This document shows positions 31,716 through 42,800 of a DNA stretch of 64,000 nucleotides, piece by piece. The notes under the pieces were generated by a model. That model saw nothing but the letters and a program-made list of their open reading frames with translations, ran no database searches and was not told where the DNA came from. Position 1 is the first letter of the stretch; every line of letters starts with the position of its first letter. The stretch lies in assembly GCA_965223905.1 (NCBI GenBank), contig CBDCXV010000002.1, positions 1 through 64,000 of the forward strand, written 5' to 3'. This stretch comes from Candidatus Latescibacterota bacterium. Lineage in GTDB: Bacteria; Latescibacterota; UBA2968; UBA8231. The translations under genes and the position numbers were made by a program.

Positions 31716-34700
31716 CTAAGACGGGCCCATGATTTGAGCACCCGCACGCACCCGGGAGGTGTACGCCTGACCGTTGCTCAGCTCCGGCACCGTGTGCGAC
31801 CGGGTCGACGCCTCGCTGCCGGCGATCCGCTGCCACTCCCCCAGCACCGACCCCAGCGCCGACCGCCTCACCCGATACTTCCACCCGGTGAGGTCGTCAT
31901 TGCCCGCATCGGCCCAGCGCAACGTCACCCGACTGTCCCCCGGCTCCGCTTCCAGATTACCGGGCGCATCCGGGACGTCGGGCAAGGTCACCTGTCGGGA
32001 GAACGAGACCGCTCCGGCCCGGTCGTCCCCCGCCGCGTACTCGTACACCGCCCGCACCTGGAACCAGTACTCTTCCCCGTTCGCAAGGCCCGTTACCGGG
32101 TGCGACGCCGTCGACGCCGTGCTGCCGGGCACGTCCTGCCAATCTCCCCAAGACCCGCGGCCTCTCTGTTGCCGATATTGCCACTCCTCGATGGTCTCCG
32201 CGTTGCCCGGGTTGTCCCAGCTCAGCCTCACCTGACCTGTCCCCGCCTGCGCCCGCAACGGAATCACCGCCACCGAGTCCGACGCCTCCCCCGCCACCCC
32301 GTCCGCGTTGACCGCTCGCACCCGGAACTGGTACGTCTTCGTCTTGTCCAGGTCACTCACCCTGTGCGTGCTCACGATCGACCGGCGGTCGTCCACCGCC
32401 GCCACGCGGTTCGAAAAGGTCAGCGGACTCGACACCGGCTGACGAACCCCCCGAGAATCCGAGCTCGAACCCGACGTGCCCGAAGCCCCTTCACCGCCAA
32501 GGACCCGGAATGCCTCGGTCCCGGCCTTGCCCTCAAGCTGAAACCCTTCAAATTGCGCCAGTTCAGTGGGAGAGATCCCGGAATCGACCAAGTCGTCGCA
32601 GAAGGGGATGCAGCTTCCGACGATCTCAAATTCATCACCGGTCGTCGGTGTGCCGAACCCCAAAGTCCGAATCCCAAAGCCCCTGACCTTGGGCACTCCC
32701 GGACTCACCCCGTTCTCTGGAAATACACCCGACCAGTCGCTGTCGCCGCGACTGTTGGTAGCCTGCAGTTGATAGCGATACTTCCGGGAGGGGCTCAGCC
32801 CCTCGTGTGGAAAGCTCAGTCTACTGCCGATCTCGTTTCCGGTGGTTGTGGTAACAGGAAGCGGGCAGACATTCCACGACGACCAGCCCACAAGCGGAGT
32901 CAATACCGGATTACTCTGGAACCGCAGCGTATACCTCGTCACCTTTGGATCAGCCGTTACTTTGTCCCAACTTACCAGAATCCGGCCCAATTGGGCGGTA
33001 GCATTACCGGTCGGTGCGTTCGGTATTGTGCCCCCCGGCGACGTATTGGACCGCTCATGAATGGTAACCGACGGCAGGCCCGCACTCCCCGTCGATCCTT
33101 CCGGGGATCCGGTCCGCACGCCTGCCGGCAGAGTTCCGAAGCCAAGGAACAGGTCCTCCTGCGTGACCTCAATCCCGTCGGTATTTGAATGGGCGGTAAG
33201 GGTGAAACGCCTGGAGTTGTCCCCAACGTCGAACCTCAGTGTGCTAGTACTGAGGGAATAGTCGGCGGACGTGGCGGACCCCGTCAGACCGGAATGAATC
33301 CCTTGGACCGGAATCGTAACCGCCCGGTCCGCAGGCGGAGTGAGACGGACGGTGACTTCCACGGTGTTTCCTTCGACCACGTCGTAGGTCTCCGCACTGT
33401 AGGAAACCTGCAGAAGTCCTACCTTCATGGCTTCCGCAGCCGCGCCCCCATCCCCGCCGTTTCCCACTACGGGCGTGTTGACGGCCCGCACCTGGAACTT
33501 GTGGAAAACACCGTGCGCGAGTTCCCTAACGGTATACTCGGTGTCAGAGGGTCCAGTGTCCGACATGCCGATCCAGTCCCCCCAAGCCCCGAGGGTTTCC
33601 ACACCTTCCTTGCGCCTGTACTGCCAACCGGTCATCATGGGGTCGTCCGCGACAGGCTGACCCCACCTCAGTGTCACTTGCCCATCACCTGGCTCGGCCG
33701 TAAGGCTGGTTGGAGGAAAGGAAGAAGGTCCATTGTCTCGAATCTGGGCATTGTCCAAGGGGGCGGTACCACCCGGCATGATACGAATCCCACCCCAAGC
33801 GTAATCGCCTTGCCAGGTAGTTCCCGATTTCTTACGGAATTGGATTTGAGTACCGGACTCAGTAGTCAGGGTTCCATAAACAAAAATTTCGGCGAGGTCA
33901 TTGTCGCCATGGCCATGAGCTGGAAATTTGTGGATATCTTCTTCTGGTTCGAATTCAATGACAGTCCCCGGTGTTACGGTCAGCGTTGCACCGGGAAAAA
34001 CCACAATGTCGCCTCGCAAAGAAACGGTACCACTCCAGGTAACGTCACCGACGATGGGAAAATGATGGAATTCTCCTTCCGGAACGTTATCTTTTGACCA
34101 GTCCTCATCTCTTGTGTCAATACTTCTCCACTTTGTGTAAAATGGACCACGTGGAGCATCATTATATGCATCAAAACAACGTTTTAAACGTTGGGAACCA
34201 AAAAGACGCATACACCCAAGACTTTCAAAATTTGCACCCGGTGAATCAACCATAGGAGTTCCCCAAAGAAGATCAGCCCCCAGCCAGCTCATTTCAGGTT
34301 CAAGTCCCATGTTATCAACCAGGGCTTGCCCCGAATTATTCACATTGGAAAAAGGATCAGGTAACATCACAAGTTTGTAGGATTCAGCAATATTCTGAAT
34401 TGGTCTGGATATTGTAGGGTGTAGAACAATTCCATGTGGGGTCAGATTCTCAGCACCCCCGGCACGGGTATATATTCCGGGTCTAGGCAAATTCGCATGA
34501 GATCCGGCACCGACATAAATGACAGGGTTAGCATTTCCGACGATAGATATGTAGTTTCGAAAATTTACCATAGAAGGATTGGTCGTAATTTCATCCCTAT
34601 CGTACACCAAACTATTACCATGAAATTTGAAATCCACCCCGTAAACCTCAGCTTCCTGCGGGTTACGGCTGGTCACCTTGACATTGATCTTGGCCCAGTC

Positions 34701-35324
34701 GCCCTCATGGTCATTTGTAAAGTCATTATATGGATAGAAGCAGAAATATTTAATGATGACAGATCCGTGATTATCCGCGGCATCGCGGGTAAATACACGG
34801 GCGTATACGGTATTCGGGAAATTTTTTCCTGCCTTGGGGCCAGATTCATACTCTCTATTCCAAGATTCCTTGTCTTCACCGGGGTAATCAAAAAAATGTG
34901 GGCTTACCCATTCTCCCCCTAACTCTGCTGGAAAATCCATATCTAAATAAGCAAATTTGTTGTCTGCAGCATTAACATTGGAAAACCCCTGACTTCCAAG
35001 CAAATTCTCAAGCTCCCTCCACTGGGCAGGAGTGCGTCCTTCTTGACTTAAGCTAGTCCCGTCTGCGGACCAAACGCTGAAGTATACATTCAATATCGAT
35101 TCTGCACCCATAATCTCAACTGGTTCAGGCCGGAGTACTTTGCGGCCAGGTCGAGTGGGGTTCTTTGTAAGCACGAGCACGGGAGCGAACTTGCTTGCAA
35201 GGGTCGAGTCACTTGCCGAGTTAGCTACAAAATCAGCGTATACTTGTACTTGGGACCACGGCTGAAAAAGTACCGCAAAAACTATGAAGACAACCCAAGC
35301 AGCACCCAATTTCATTTCTCCCAT
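31716..35324 (-). CDS. Vps62/NPP1-like head + neck + short partial stalk (1202 aa); truncated within an FN3 domain
   Basis: RBS AGGAGG, signal peptide, FCFYPYNDFTNDHEGDW, PVIYVGAGSH. Stalk closely parallels 26600-28600. Ends ...YTSRVRAG|AQIMGPS in the leader of the next gene. Confidence 0.85.
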   Translation of the reverse strand: MGEMKLGAAWVVFIVFAVLFQPWSQVQVYADFVANSASDSTLASKFAPVLVLTKNPTRPGRKVLRPEPVEIMGAESILNVYFSVWSADGTSLSQEGRTPAQWRELENLLGSQGFSNVNAADNKFAYLDMDFPAELGGEWVSPHFFDYPGEDKESWNREYESGPKAGKNFPNTVYARVFTRDAADNHGSVIIKYFCFYPYNDFTNDHEGDWAKINVKVTSRNPQEAEVYGVDFKFHGNSLVYDRDEITTNPSMVNFRNYISIVGNANPVIYVGAGSHANLPRPGIYTRAGGAENLTPHGIVLHPTISRPIQNIAESYKLVMLPDPFSNVNNSGQALVDNMGLEPEMSWLGADLLWGTPMVDSPGANFESLGCMRLFGSQRLKRCFDAYNDAPRGPFYTKWRSIDTRDEDWSKDNVPEGEFHHFPIVGDVTWSGTVSLRGDIVVFPGATLTVTPGTVIEFEPEEDIHKFPAHGHGDNDLAEIFVYGTLTTESGTQIQFRKKSGTTWQGDYAWGGIRIMPGGTAPLDNAQIRDNGPSSFPPTSLTAEPGDGQVTLRWGQPVADDPMMTGWQYRRKEGVETLGAWGDWIGMSDTGPSDTEYTVRELAHGVFHKFQVRAVNTPVVGNGGDGGAAAEAMKVGLLQVSYSAETYDVVEGNTVEVTVRLTPPADRAVTIPVQGIHSGLTGSATSADYSLSTSTLRFDVGDNSRRFTLTAHSNTDGIEVTQEDLFLGFGTLPAGVRTGSPEGSTGSAGLPSVTIHERSNTSPGGTIPNAPTGNATAQLGRILVSWDKVTADPKVTRYTLRFQSNPVLTPLVGWSSWNVCPLPVTTTTGNEIGSRLSFPHEGLSPSRKYRYQLQATNSRGDSDWSGVFPENGVSPGVPKVRGFGIRTLGFGTPTTGDEFEIVGSCIPFCDDLVDSGISPTELAQFEGFQLEGKAGTEAFRVLGGEGASGTSGSSSDSRGVRQPVSSPLTFSNRVAAVDDRRSIVSTHRVSDLDKTKTYQFRVRAVNADGVAGEASDSVAVIPLRAQAGTGQVRLSWDNPGNAETIEEWQYRQQRGRGSWGDWQDVPGSTASTASHPVTGLANGEEYWFQVRAVYEYAAGDDRAGAVSFSRQVTLPDVPDAPGNLEAEPGDSRVTLRWADAGNDDLTGWKYRVRRSALGSVLGEWQRIAGSEASTRSHTVPELSNGQAYTSRVRAGAQIMGPS

Positions 35325-35333
35325 CCTCCTTTG

Positions 35334-36362
35334 CTAACGGATTTCCCGATCCAAGTAGACATTTGCTTCGATCAGCGCACTACCGACTATTGCGTACGTT
35401 GCAAGACCAAGTCCTATTTCAACACCCAGATTCAACTTTTCGGGCATTGGGATCGAAAATCCTGCTCCCAATCGTACATACTCAAAAAAAGGGTTAGCCT
35501 CGCTAGCCATTTGCAGCAACGAGGCATAACGATAATCTTCCTGGCTCCTTCCTACCAAGCGGGACCTTCGACGTTCTCCCGCGGCGGTACCTAACCATAT
35601 CCCTCCAACTCCACCATAGAAGAATGTACGAGGAATTATAGTATGTATGTACCCCGTCAGATCTGCGCCTGCCCATGACAAAAAACCGCCTTGTTGCTCC
35701 TCCGTGCCTATCGAAAAATTGACCTTAAAATCCAGGTTTAAATCGCGAACGCGTTTTGCAAAAAAAGAAACTCCCCTGTAGGAATACAAACAGTTTAAAT
35801 AGCGGCAATTTCCAGGTATGTCAAATGAGATCCGGCGCGCCGAAATGCCCAGATGCCAGAAATTCTTTTTTGAACTTCTCAATTGATTAATCTGTTGATT
35901 TTCAACATCAAAAGCGCAGTCGCCTGGGTCCACTATCGGGATGGAAGCCGCAGCGGCCTCCGTCTCGACCGCCACATCGGGCCGCCTACTTTCCCGGTCC
36001 GCCGATGTCGGGGGATGTGCGCCCACCAGGACCAGCGTTTGGATACACTGGAGGGTAATTCGCCACAGCCGACCATCTCGTCCCAAGGCAAGGGTCAACG
36101 TCTTCTCATCGACCGATTTAATGTAGCCTCTACTCGTAACCAGCGGTCCCCACTCCCCCGATACCGAGTGGGGCATTTCTCGCCCATGGATTATCACGGC
36201 AAAGGCACCCACCGGCACCGTGCTGATATCGATCTCTTCGGTTTCCAGAATCAACCCTTCCTGTGCCGCCTCGGCCGGATTACTGGCTGCGCCCGCATGT
36301 CCACGTTCAACCGTTGGAAGAACCAAATATACCGTGACAAGAAATCGAAAAGCTGTTTTCAT
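35334..36362 (-). CDS. Partner protein: family A N-terminal domain fused to a beta-barrel-like C-terminal domain
   Basis: EIDISTVPVGAFAVIIHG...SGEW...SRGYIK N-domain. C-terminus RLGAGFSIPMP..LNLGVEIGLG...IEANVYLD matches 21683..22486. Start placed at 36362 by analogy with 38975 (GGAGATGGAGAT-ATG). Confidence 0.8.
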   Translation of the reverse strand: MKTAFRFLVTVYLVLPTVERGHAGAASNPAEAAQEGLILETEEIDISTVPVGAFAVIIHGREMPHSVSGEWGPLVTSRGYIKSVDEKTLTLALGRDGRLWRITLQCIQTLVLVGAHPPTSADRESRRPDVAVETEAAAASIPIVDPGDCAFDVENQQINQLRSSKKNFWHLGISARRISFDIPGNCRYLNCLYSYRGVSFFAKRVRDLNLDFKVNFSIGTEEQQGGFLSWAGADLTGYIHTIIPRTFFYGGVGGIWLGTAAGERRRSRLVGRSQEDYRYASLLQMASEANPFFEYVRLGAGFSIPMPEKLNLGVEIGLGLATYAIVGSALIEANVYLDREIR

Positions 36363-36389
36363 AATCTCCATCTCCCTTTCTCAAGAACC

Positions 36390-37935
36390 GGGCAGGGCCG
36401 TCACCGTCATCTCGTGGGTCGTGTCCGCGGAGACGAAAGACCGTTGTCGGTCGCCTTCACCGTCACCTCGTAGACATTGTCGCCGCCGGCCTCCCCCGAG
36501 GACTCGTAGTGCTGTCGATCTCTCCTGTTCCAAGTATCACCCCGACCCTTGAGTCGGCTTTGTATCTGGTCGTCCGCGCCTCCGGCCACGCCCCCCCGGC
36601 CAGCGGTTTGCTCTGCCCCTGCAGATCGTAGCCGCTGACCGCCTGCTTGATAGCTCACCCTCACCCGCAGCTTCTGCCCGACGTCGGCCGTTCCCGGCGT
36701 GTACCTCGCCGCCGTCGAGTCGTTAATCGCCGCCCACGAAGCCGTCACCTCGGCCCACCGCTGCCACCGCCACCCCTCGGGATTCACCCTCACGTCGCCG
36801 TCCGGATCTCTCAGCTCGGCCCTCAGCGCCTGGCCTACCTCCGGGGACGCCGGCGATATGGTCACCGTGCCCGGCTCGTCCTTGGTGGTCACCGGTCACG
36901 GCCACCGGATACCGGGCCGAGTGGTACACGCCTCCGAAACTGGCCCGCAGGTCCACGTCGTAGACGCGGTTGCCGCCCTCGTCCAGGGACTGCTCGTAGT
37001 CGGGCCCGCGGATGAATTCGAGGGTGTTGCCATTCATCCGGAACCGGGTCGCATCCGGGCCGGTCAGGGTCCAGGTGACCGGCGACACCGGGCCGTCCCA
37101 CGGGTCGGTGGCCCGGTAGGTCGCCACCGACTCGCCCCCCTCCTCGACGGCGCCGACCCTCTCCCCGACCGAGACGCTCGCGGGCCCGACCACCTTCAGG
37201 GTCGCGTCCAGAAGGGTCACCGTGGCCGTGGCATGGGCGCCGCGGCCGATGCCGTCCGGCAGATCCTTGAACCCCAGCAGCACCGTCTCGTCCTCGCTGT
37301 CCGCATCCGAGCGGGCCACGATCTTGAACGAGTCCGAGGCGGCCGTGGACGTGAAGGACAGGGTGCTGTCCGACGCCAGGTCCACCGTGGCGAAGTCGCC
37401 GGCCTCGGTGGTCGCGCCCGCTCGCACCGTCACTTTCACCTTCACGGCCCCCGCCGCTTCTTCCGGCGCCGGCGACAGGGTCACCCGCACCGTCGCCGTG
37501 TCGCCGTCTTCCCTCGCCACGTACGACGAGGCGCTGTAGGAGACGGTCCGCACCGGCCGAGCCCGCACCGGCCCGAGGGCCGCGCTCGCGGCCGGCTTGC
37601 GGTCGGTCGGTCCCGAACTCTCCCCGTCGATATAAGTCACCGTCGCCCGCAGATACTGACCGGCATCGGTGTCTCCGGGCAGGAACCGCGACAACGTCGA
37701 ATCCTCAATCTCCGTCCACACGGTCACCCCCGGAGCCCGGCGCTCCTACTGCCACAGCGTGTCCGACACGCCCCCGTCCGGGTCGGTCAGCGTCGCCTGC
37801 AACCGCGTGCCCACCTGCGCGCTCGACGGCGACACGCTCACCACCGTCGCGCCCGCCGGCGGGTTCGGACGCTGGTTGGGCGGCGGCACCAGGATCACCG
37901 GCGGCACGTCCTCCAGCGTCACCTGAGCGCTCACC
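36390..37935 (-). pseudogene. Headless mosaic of stalk fragments (Calx-beta, cadherin-like, Ig-like) with several frameshifts and deletions
   Basis: ORFs 37746..37934, 36723..37727 and 36407..36892 are pieces matching about 9850-9925, 24170-24380 and 8700-9250. No start, signal peptide or head is present. Confidence 0.85.
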
Positions 37936-37955
37936 GGCCGTTTGTCCGCCCCAAT

Positions 37956-38975
37956 TCAGAATCGTAGCTTGGCGACCGCAGATAAGTGCCCCCTGGGGCT
38001 CGGCCCCAGACCTACTGAAAGTCGGCGGGACTCAAGAGGCTCCCGCAACAGTTCCGACGCAATCGTCGCCCCAACAAGAGGACCGACGAACCAGTTCCAT
38101 ATTACATCCCATTGTCCATACGCTCGAAACTGATAGACTCTTTTTCTTGGAATGTAGAGGCTTGCAGCACACCCTACCAGACTGCCCGCTAATGAAAGGA
38201 TAAATCGATCGCATGGATCAACCCAACTTACGCCAATCGCAGCCCCTATCGGATAGCCGAAAAACACGATGCCGTCAATAAAGAGCACTGCACCAACACC
38301 CTCTGCGGCACCGGTCCCAGTCAAAATAATCCCGAGAGCATAATTAGGAACTATGCCCGCAAGAGCACCGGCAGCTAATTTCTTGACAATTCTTCTGCCG
38401 CGTCCCATGTCCTTACCTTTCGCCGTTCTCCCGGAAAGACTATCCGGCGTCTCTCGGAAATCGCCCGCGGCGCGCCCAGAATCCGCGTTGCCCCAGTCTG
38501 CTACCGCCTTAATTTCCCCATTGCCCTGCGTACTGTCCTGGTTTGCCAATCCCTGGGAAAACGATCCGACCTTGCGGGCAATTCGTCCCGTCGGATTCGT
38601 ACTGTCCCACACCCCTGCTCTCAGGTAAGCCGCTCCTACCAGAACCAAAGTCTGAATGCGGTCCAAGACGATAGGTTCCGGCCAACCCTCTCTTCCCCGG
38701 GCCAGGATCATCTTCTCCGTATCAACTGCTTGAATGTAGCCTCGAGCCGTAACCAGTTGTTCCCACTCCCCCGAAACCGGGTGCCGGTCCCCCTGTCCAT
38801 GGATAATCACGGCAAAGGCGCCCACTGGCACCGTGCTGCTGTCGATCCCGCCAGCTTCCAGAATCACCCCTTCCAGTGGAGCCTCGGCTGTATCACTGGC
38901 TGACTCCGCGGGCGAAAGTTTAACCATTGAGAGAAGCGAAATAGCTATGAGAAGGAATCGAAAAGCTGTGCCCAT
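37956..38975 (-). CDS. Partner family A protein (orphan; the downstream head gene is missing)
   Basis: RBS AAGGAG, signal peptide, family A N-domain, Gly-rich helices, tail RRLSVGLGPSPRGHLSAVAKLRF. Confidence 0.87.
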   Translation of the reverse strand: MGTAFRFLLIAISLLSMVKLSPAESASDTAEAPLEGVILEAGGIDSSTVPVGAFAVIIHGQGDRHPVSGEWEQLVTARGYIQAVDTEKMILARGREGWPEPIVLDRIQTLVLVGAAYLRAGVWDSTNPTGRIARKVGSFSQGLANQDSTQGNGEIKAVADWGNADSGRAAGDFRETPDSLSGRTAKGKDMGRGRRIVKKLAAGALAGIVPNYALGIILTGTGAAEGVGAVLFIDGIVFFGYPIGAAIGVSWVDPCDRFILSLAGSLVGCAASLYIPRKRVYQFRAYGQWDVIWNWFVGPLVGATIASELLREPLESRRLSVGLGPSPRGHLSAVAKLRF

Positions 38976-39089
38976 ATCTCCATCTCCTTGTTTTGCCAGG
39001 ACGGGTTATTATGATCGAGCCCGAAAGCGAAACGGCTCAAATCCCGTGGGCGCTGGTGTGTCCGCGAAACGCCAATTTTCGGCAAACCG

Positions 39090-39851
39090 GCTGTCGACGT
39101 CGACCAGGCTCACCGCGGCCCTCACCGGCGTTCCGGCAATCACTCCCTCCGGAAGCGCCCCGAACCCCAACGTCACCTCCTCGTCGGCCCGGTCCGTATC
39201 CTCGGTCGCCGTTGATGGAATTCCTCGGACCGGGCCCGGCTCGAAGAGACGTCTTCCCACCTCTTCGTACCGCTCAACCGGCGCTGCCACTGCCACCGGA
39301 GGTCGGTCACGCCCCCATCCGGTTCATCGAGCGCGCTCCCCAACGGATGACCCACCACTGGCGCAGTCGTAGACAAGGTCACAGTGCCCTCTTCGTCCAC
39401 GTCGGTGACTTTCACTGTAACCAAATAGGGAATTGTTAATTCGCCAACATCAGCTTGCACTATTGCGCAATAAGAATTGCGAGAAGGAAGAGGCAGGCTA
39501 GCCGAATAACCATTAGCAGTTGGATTCTCATAATCCGGAGAGGAAACGAAACGAAGAACGCCCTCACTGGAAATGACAAAATCCTCTGGGTCGTTGTTGA
39601 ATTCTGTGCTTTGACCCAAAGACCAAGTAACTGTCTGGCCTCCTGCTCCTGTGACTGAGTATTCGGCAACATCCTTTTTGTCGTTTTCCGGAAATCGAAT
39701 TTCATAAAGCCCAACGACATTTGGACCCGTAACCTCCTCAGTCCAATCAGATTCTGCATCATTATCGGCGCCAAAATTGTCTATGTAAAATGCCTTTGCC
39801 CTGATTTTTTTACCTATATCTGCGCCGGTGGGTACATACGTCGAACCAGTT
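39090..39851 (-). pseudogene. Stalk remnant: AT-rich-coded Ig-like end + cadherin-like domain, then a Calx-beta fragment
   Basis: Frame TGSTYVPTGADIGKKIRAKAFYIDNFG...FPENDKKDVAEY...VTWSL...DFVISSEGVLRFVSSPDYENP...VTVKVTDVDEEGTVTLS, then ATEDTDRADEEVTLGFG, which is identical to the sequence at about 16020-16060. Confidence 0.8.
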
Positions 39852-42800
39852 TCACCGTCACCGTCACATCTAGCAGCGAAGAGTCCGCCGGCGTGCCGGT
39901 GTCCTTGACCTTCACCGTCACCTGGTAGACGTTGTCGGTCCCGTCATCGCCCGGCGATTCGAAGTTGGGGGCGGTGGCGAAGCGCAGTCCCCGGCCCGGG
40001 CCCGAGCCGGACAGCCTGAAGTCGCTCGCATCGTCCCCCGTCAGCGACCACGCGATGCTGTGGCCGTCCGGATCCAAGGCGGAGTAGGCGCCTACGGCCC
40101 CGGTGCCGTTCTCGTCGAACGATGGCGAGTCTGGGCCCGAAAGCACCGGCACCCGATTGGGTTGGCGAGGGGTTGCGGTGGCGTCGGCGGCCGGCCCTTC
40201 CCCGACCTCGTTGACCGCCCGCACCTGGAAAGCGTACGGGGTGCCGTTTCTCAGACTCGACACCGTGGCGCTGGTAGCCGTGCCCACCTCGGTCCAGGTG
40301 TCGTCGTTGGGCCAACTGGCCGAACTGCGGCGGTGCCGATGTTCGTATCGGCTGATCGCCGAGCCGCCGGTCGAAGACGGCGCGGACCAACTCAGCGACA
40401 CCTGTCCGTTGCCGGGCGTCGCCTGAAAGTCCCCCGGCGCCTCCGGCACCCCCACCACCGGGTCGCTCTTGACGCTGGCCGCCTGCTTGCCCGGCCCGTG
40501 CGCGTCGTCGTACCTGGCCCGAGCCCGCAGTTGCTTGCCGATCAGCCCACGCCCGAGCCGGATGGTCTTCGACGTCCCGAGCTGCTCATCCACCGCCCCC
40601 GAGGCCCCACCCGGCGGCGCCGGCGTGCTGGAAAACCAGGTCCACCGCACGTTCTCCTCCCCCCCGTCCGGGTCGCTCAGCGTCGCCGTCAGGTCCTGGC
40701 CCACCCGGGGCGCCATCGGCGACAGGGTCACCGTACCCTCCTCGTCGACGTTGGTCACCGTCACCGTCACCGGAAGCCGCAAAACAGGCGCACCCGACTC
40801 CCTGGCCTCCACCGTCACCCGGTAGACGTTGTCGGTGTCCGCATCGACCGGCGATTCGAAGTTGGGAGCCGTGCCGAAACCCAGGACACCGGACGACGAC
40901 AGGGTAAAGGCCCCCGCGTCGACGCCTGACCGCGTCCAGGTTCGGCCGGCAACCGACGGGTAGGAAACCGCCGCGCCGGTGCCGTTTTCCTCAAACCAGA
41001 TCCCGGTGGCCCGGTTCGACGCCACCCCGTCGCCCACCCCGTTGAGCGCCCGCACCTCGAACGTGTACGCGCCGGGGCTCAGCCCCGTCAGCGCATGCGA
41101 GGTCGTGGTCGCATCGCTGCCTGACACCGCCCCCCAGGGGGCCCAGGAAGCGCCCCCGTCCGTGCTCTGGCGATACTGATACCCCCTCAGCGCCGAGCCG
41201 TTGTCGGCCGCCGTCTCCCAGCTCAGGCGCATCTGCCTGTCGCCGTCGCCGGGCGCCGCCCTCAGGTTCCCAGGAGCAGCAGCCACCCCCGCCGGGGTCA
41301 CCGCCGTCGTCGCCTCCGAGGGCGCCCCTTGCCCGGCCGCGTTGAGCGCCCGCACCCGGAACGTGTACCTCCGGCCGTTGGTCAGATTCGGCACCGTATG
41401 GACGCGCGTGCTCGCCCCGCTGCCCGACATCGTCTGCCAAGACGCCCAGGTCGTGTCCGGGCCGACGACCGTGCCTGACCGGTACTGCCACCCCGTAAGG
41501 TGGGCGTGATCCGGTCCCGTCCAGGCCAACCGCACCTGCCGGTCGCCCCGCGTCGCCGTCACACCGGTCGCCGGACCCGGCTGCGGCTGCACCCCCGCCT
41601 CCCCCGGCAGCGGCCCCGACCAGGCGCCGGCCTCTTGCCCCCGGCGCGCCCGCACCCGATACCGATACACCCGGTCCGGGTCCAGGGTGGGGTGGACGTG
41701 CGCGCGACGGGCGCCCTCGACCGTGCCCGCCCCGTTGTCCAGCAGGCTCGTCCACGACTCCGGCCAAGTCCCTCCTGACACCGGTTTGCTCTGCCAGTGC
41801 ACGTCGTAGCCGCTGACCGCCGGACTCGCCGACACCGGGGGCCACGACACCCGCGCCTGCGCCCAGCCCGAAACCGCCAACCCGCCCTCCGGACCCGGCA
41901 GCAGGCCCTCGGTCGGCGGCGGCGGCCGGGCCGGCGTCACCGCCCCGGTGGGGGCGCTCTGCGCCCGCTTGCCCGGACCGTGACCGTCCCGGTAGCTCAC
42001 CCGCGCCCGCAGCATGTGACCGACATCCGCCGCCGTGGGCGTGTAGCTCTTCAGCCCCGGCAAAGTGGACACCGCCCCCGAAGCCCCACCCGGCGACGGG
42101 ATGGGCTGCCACGGCCCGTTGCCGAGCCGACGCTCAAACACCCACCCGTCGCGGTCCGCATCGTCGGAATCCCCCTCCTCGTGCCTCGCACTCACATTCC
42201 CATCCGGGTCGGTCAGGGCCGCGGTAAACGCCAGACCCTCCTGAGGACTCGAGGGCAGGGTCACCGTGCCCGGCTCGTCGACGTTGGTCAGACTCACCCT
42301 GACCGGAAACGGGGGCGACGACAGCGACCCGTCGCCGGCCGTCACCGTCACCTCAAAGACGGTGTCGTCGTTCGCGTCCCCCGGAGATTCGAAATCCGGC
42401 GGCGGCGCCCGGAAACGCAGCCGACCCGACGCATCGATTTCCATCGTGTCCGCATCGGCGCCTCCCAGCGTCCACGTGATGGAGTTTCCTTCCGGGTCGG
42501 TGGCCGCATACGTGGCCACCACGCCGGCGCGGTTCTCGGCAAAGGAAGGGGCGGGAGGACCGCTGGTGATCTCGGGCGCCTCGTTGACGCCGGTCACCGT
42601 CACCCGCACCGTCACCGTGGTGTCGGCCGTCGCGTCCGGGCGGCCGTCGCTGAGCGACACGTCCACCTCGTAGACGTGGTCGCCGTTCGCGTCCCCCGGA
42701 GACTCGAAATCCGGCGGGGGCGCCCGGAACCGCAGCCGACCCGACGCATCGAGACGCATCGTGTCCGCATCGGCGCCTCCCAGCGACCACGTGAGCACAT

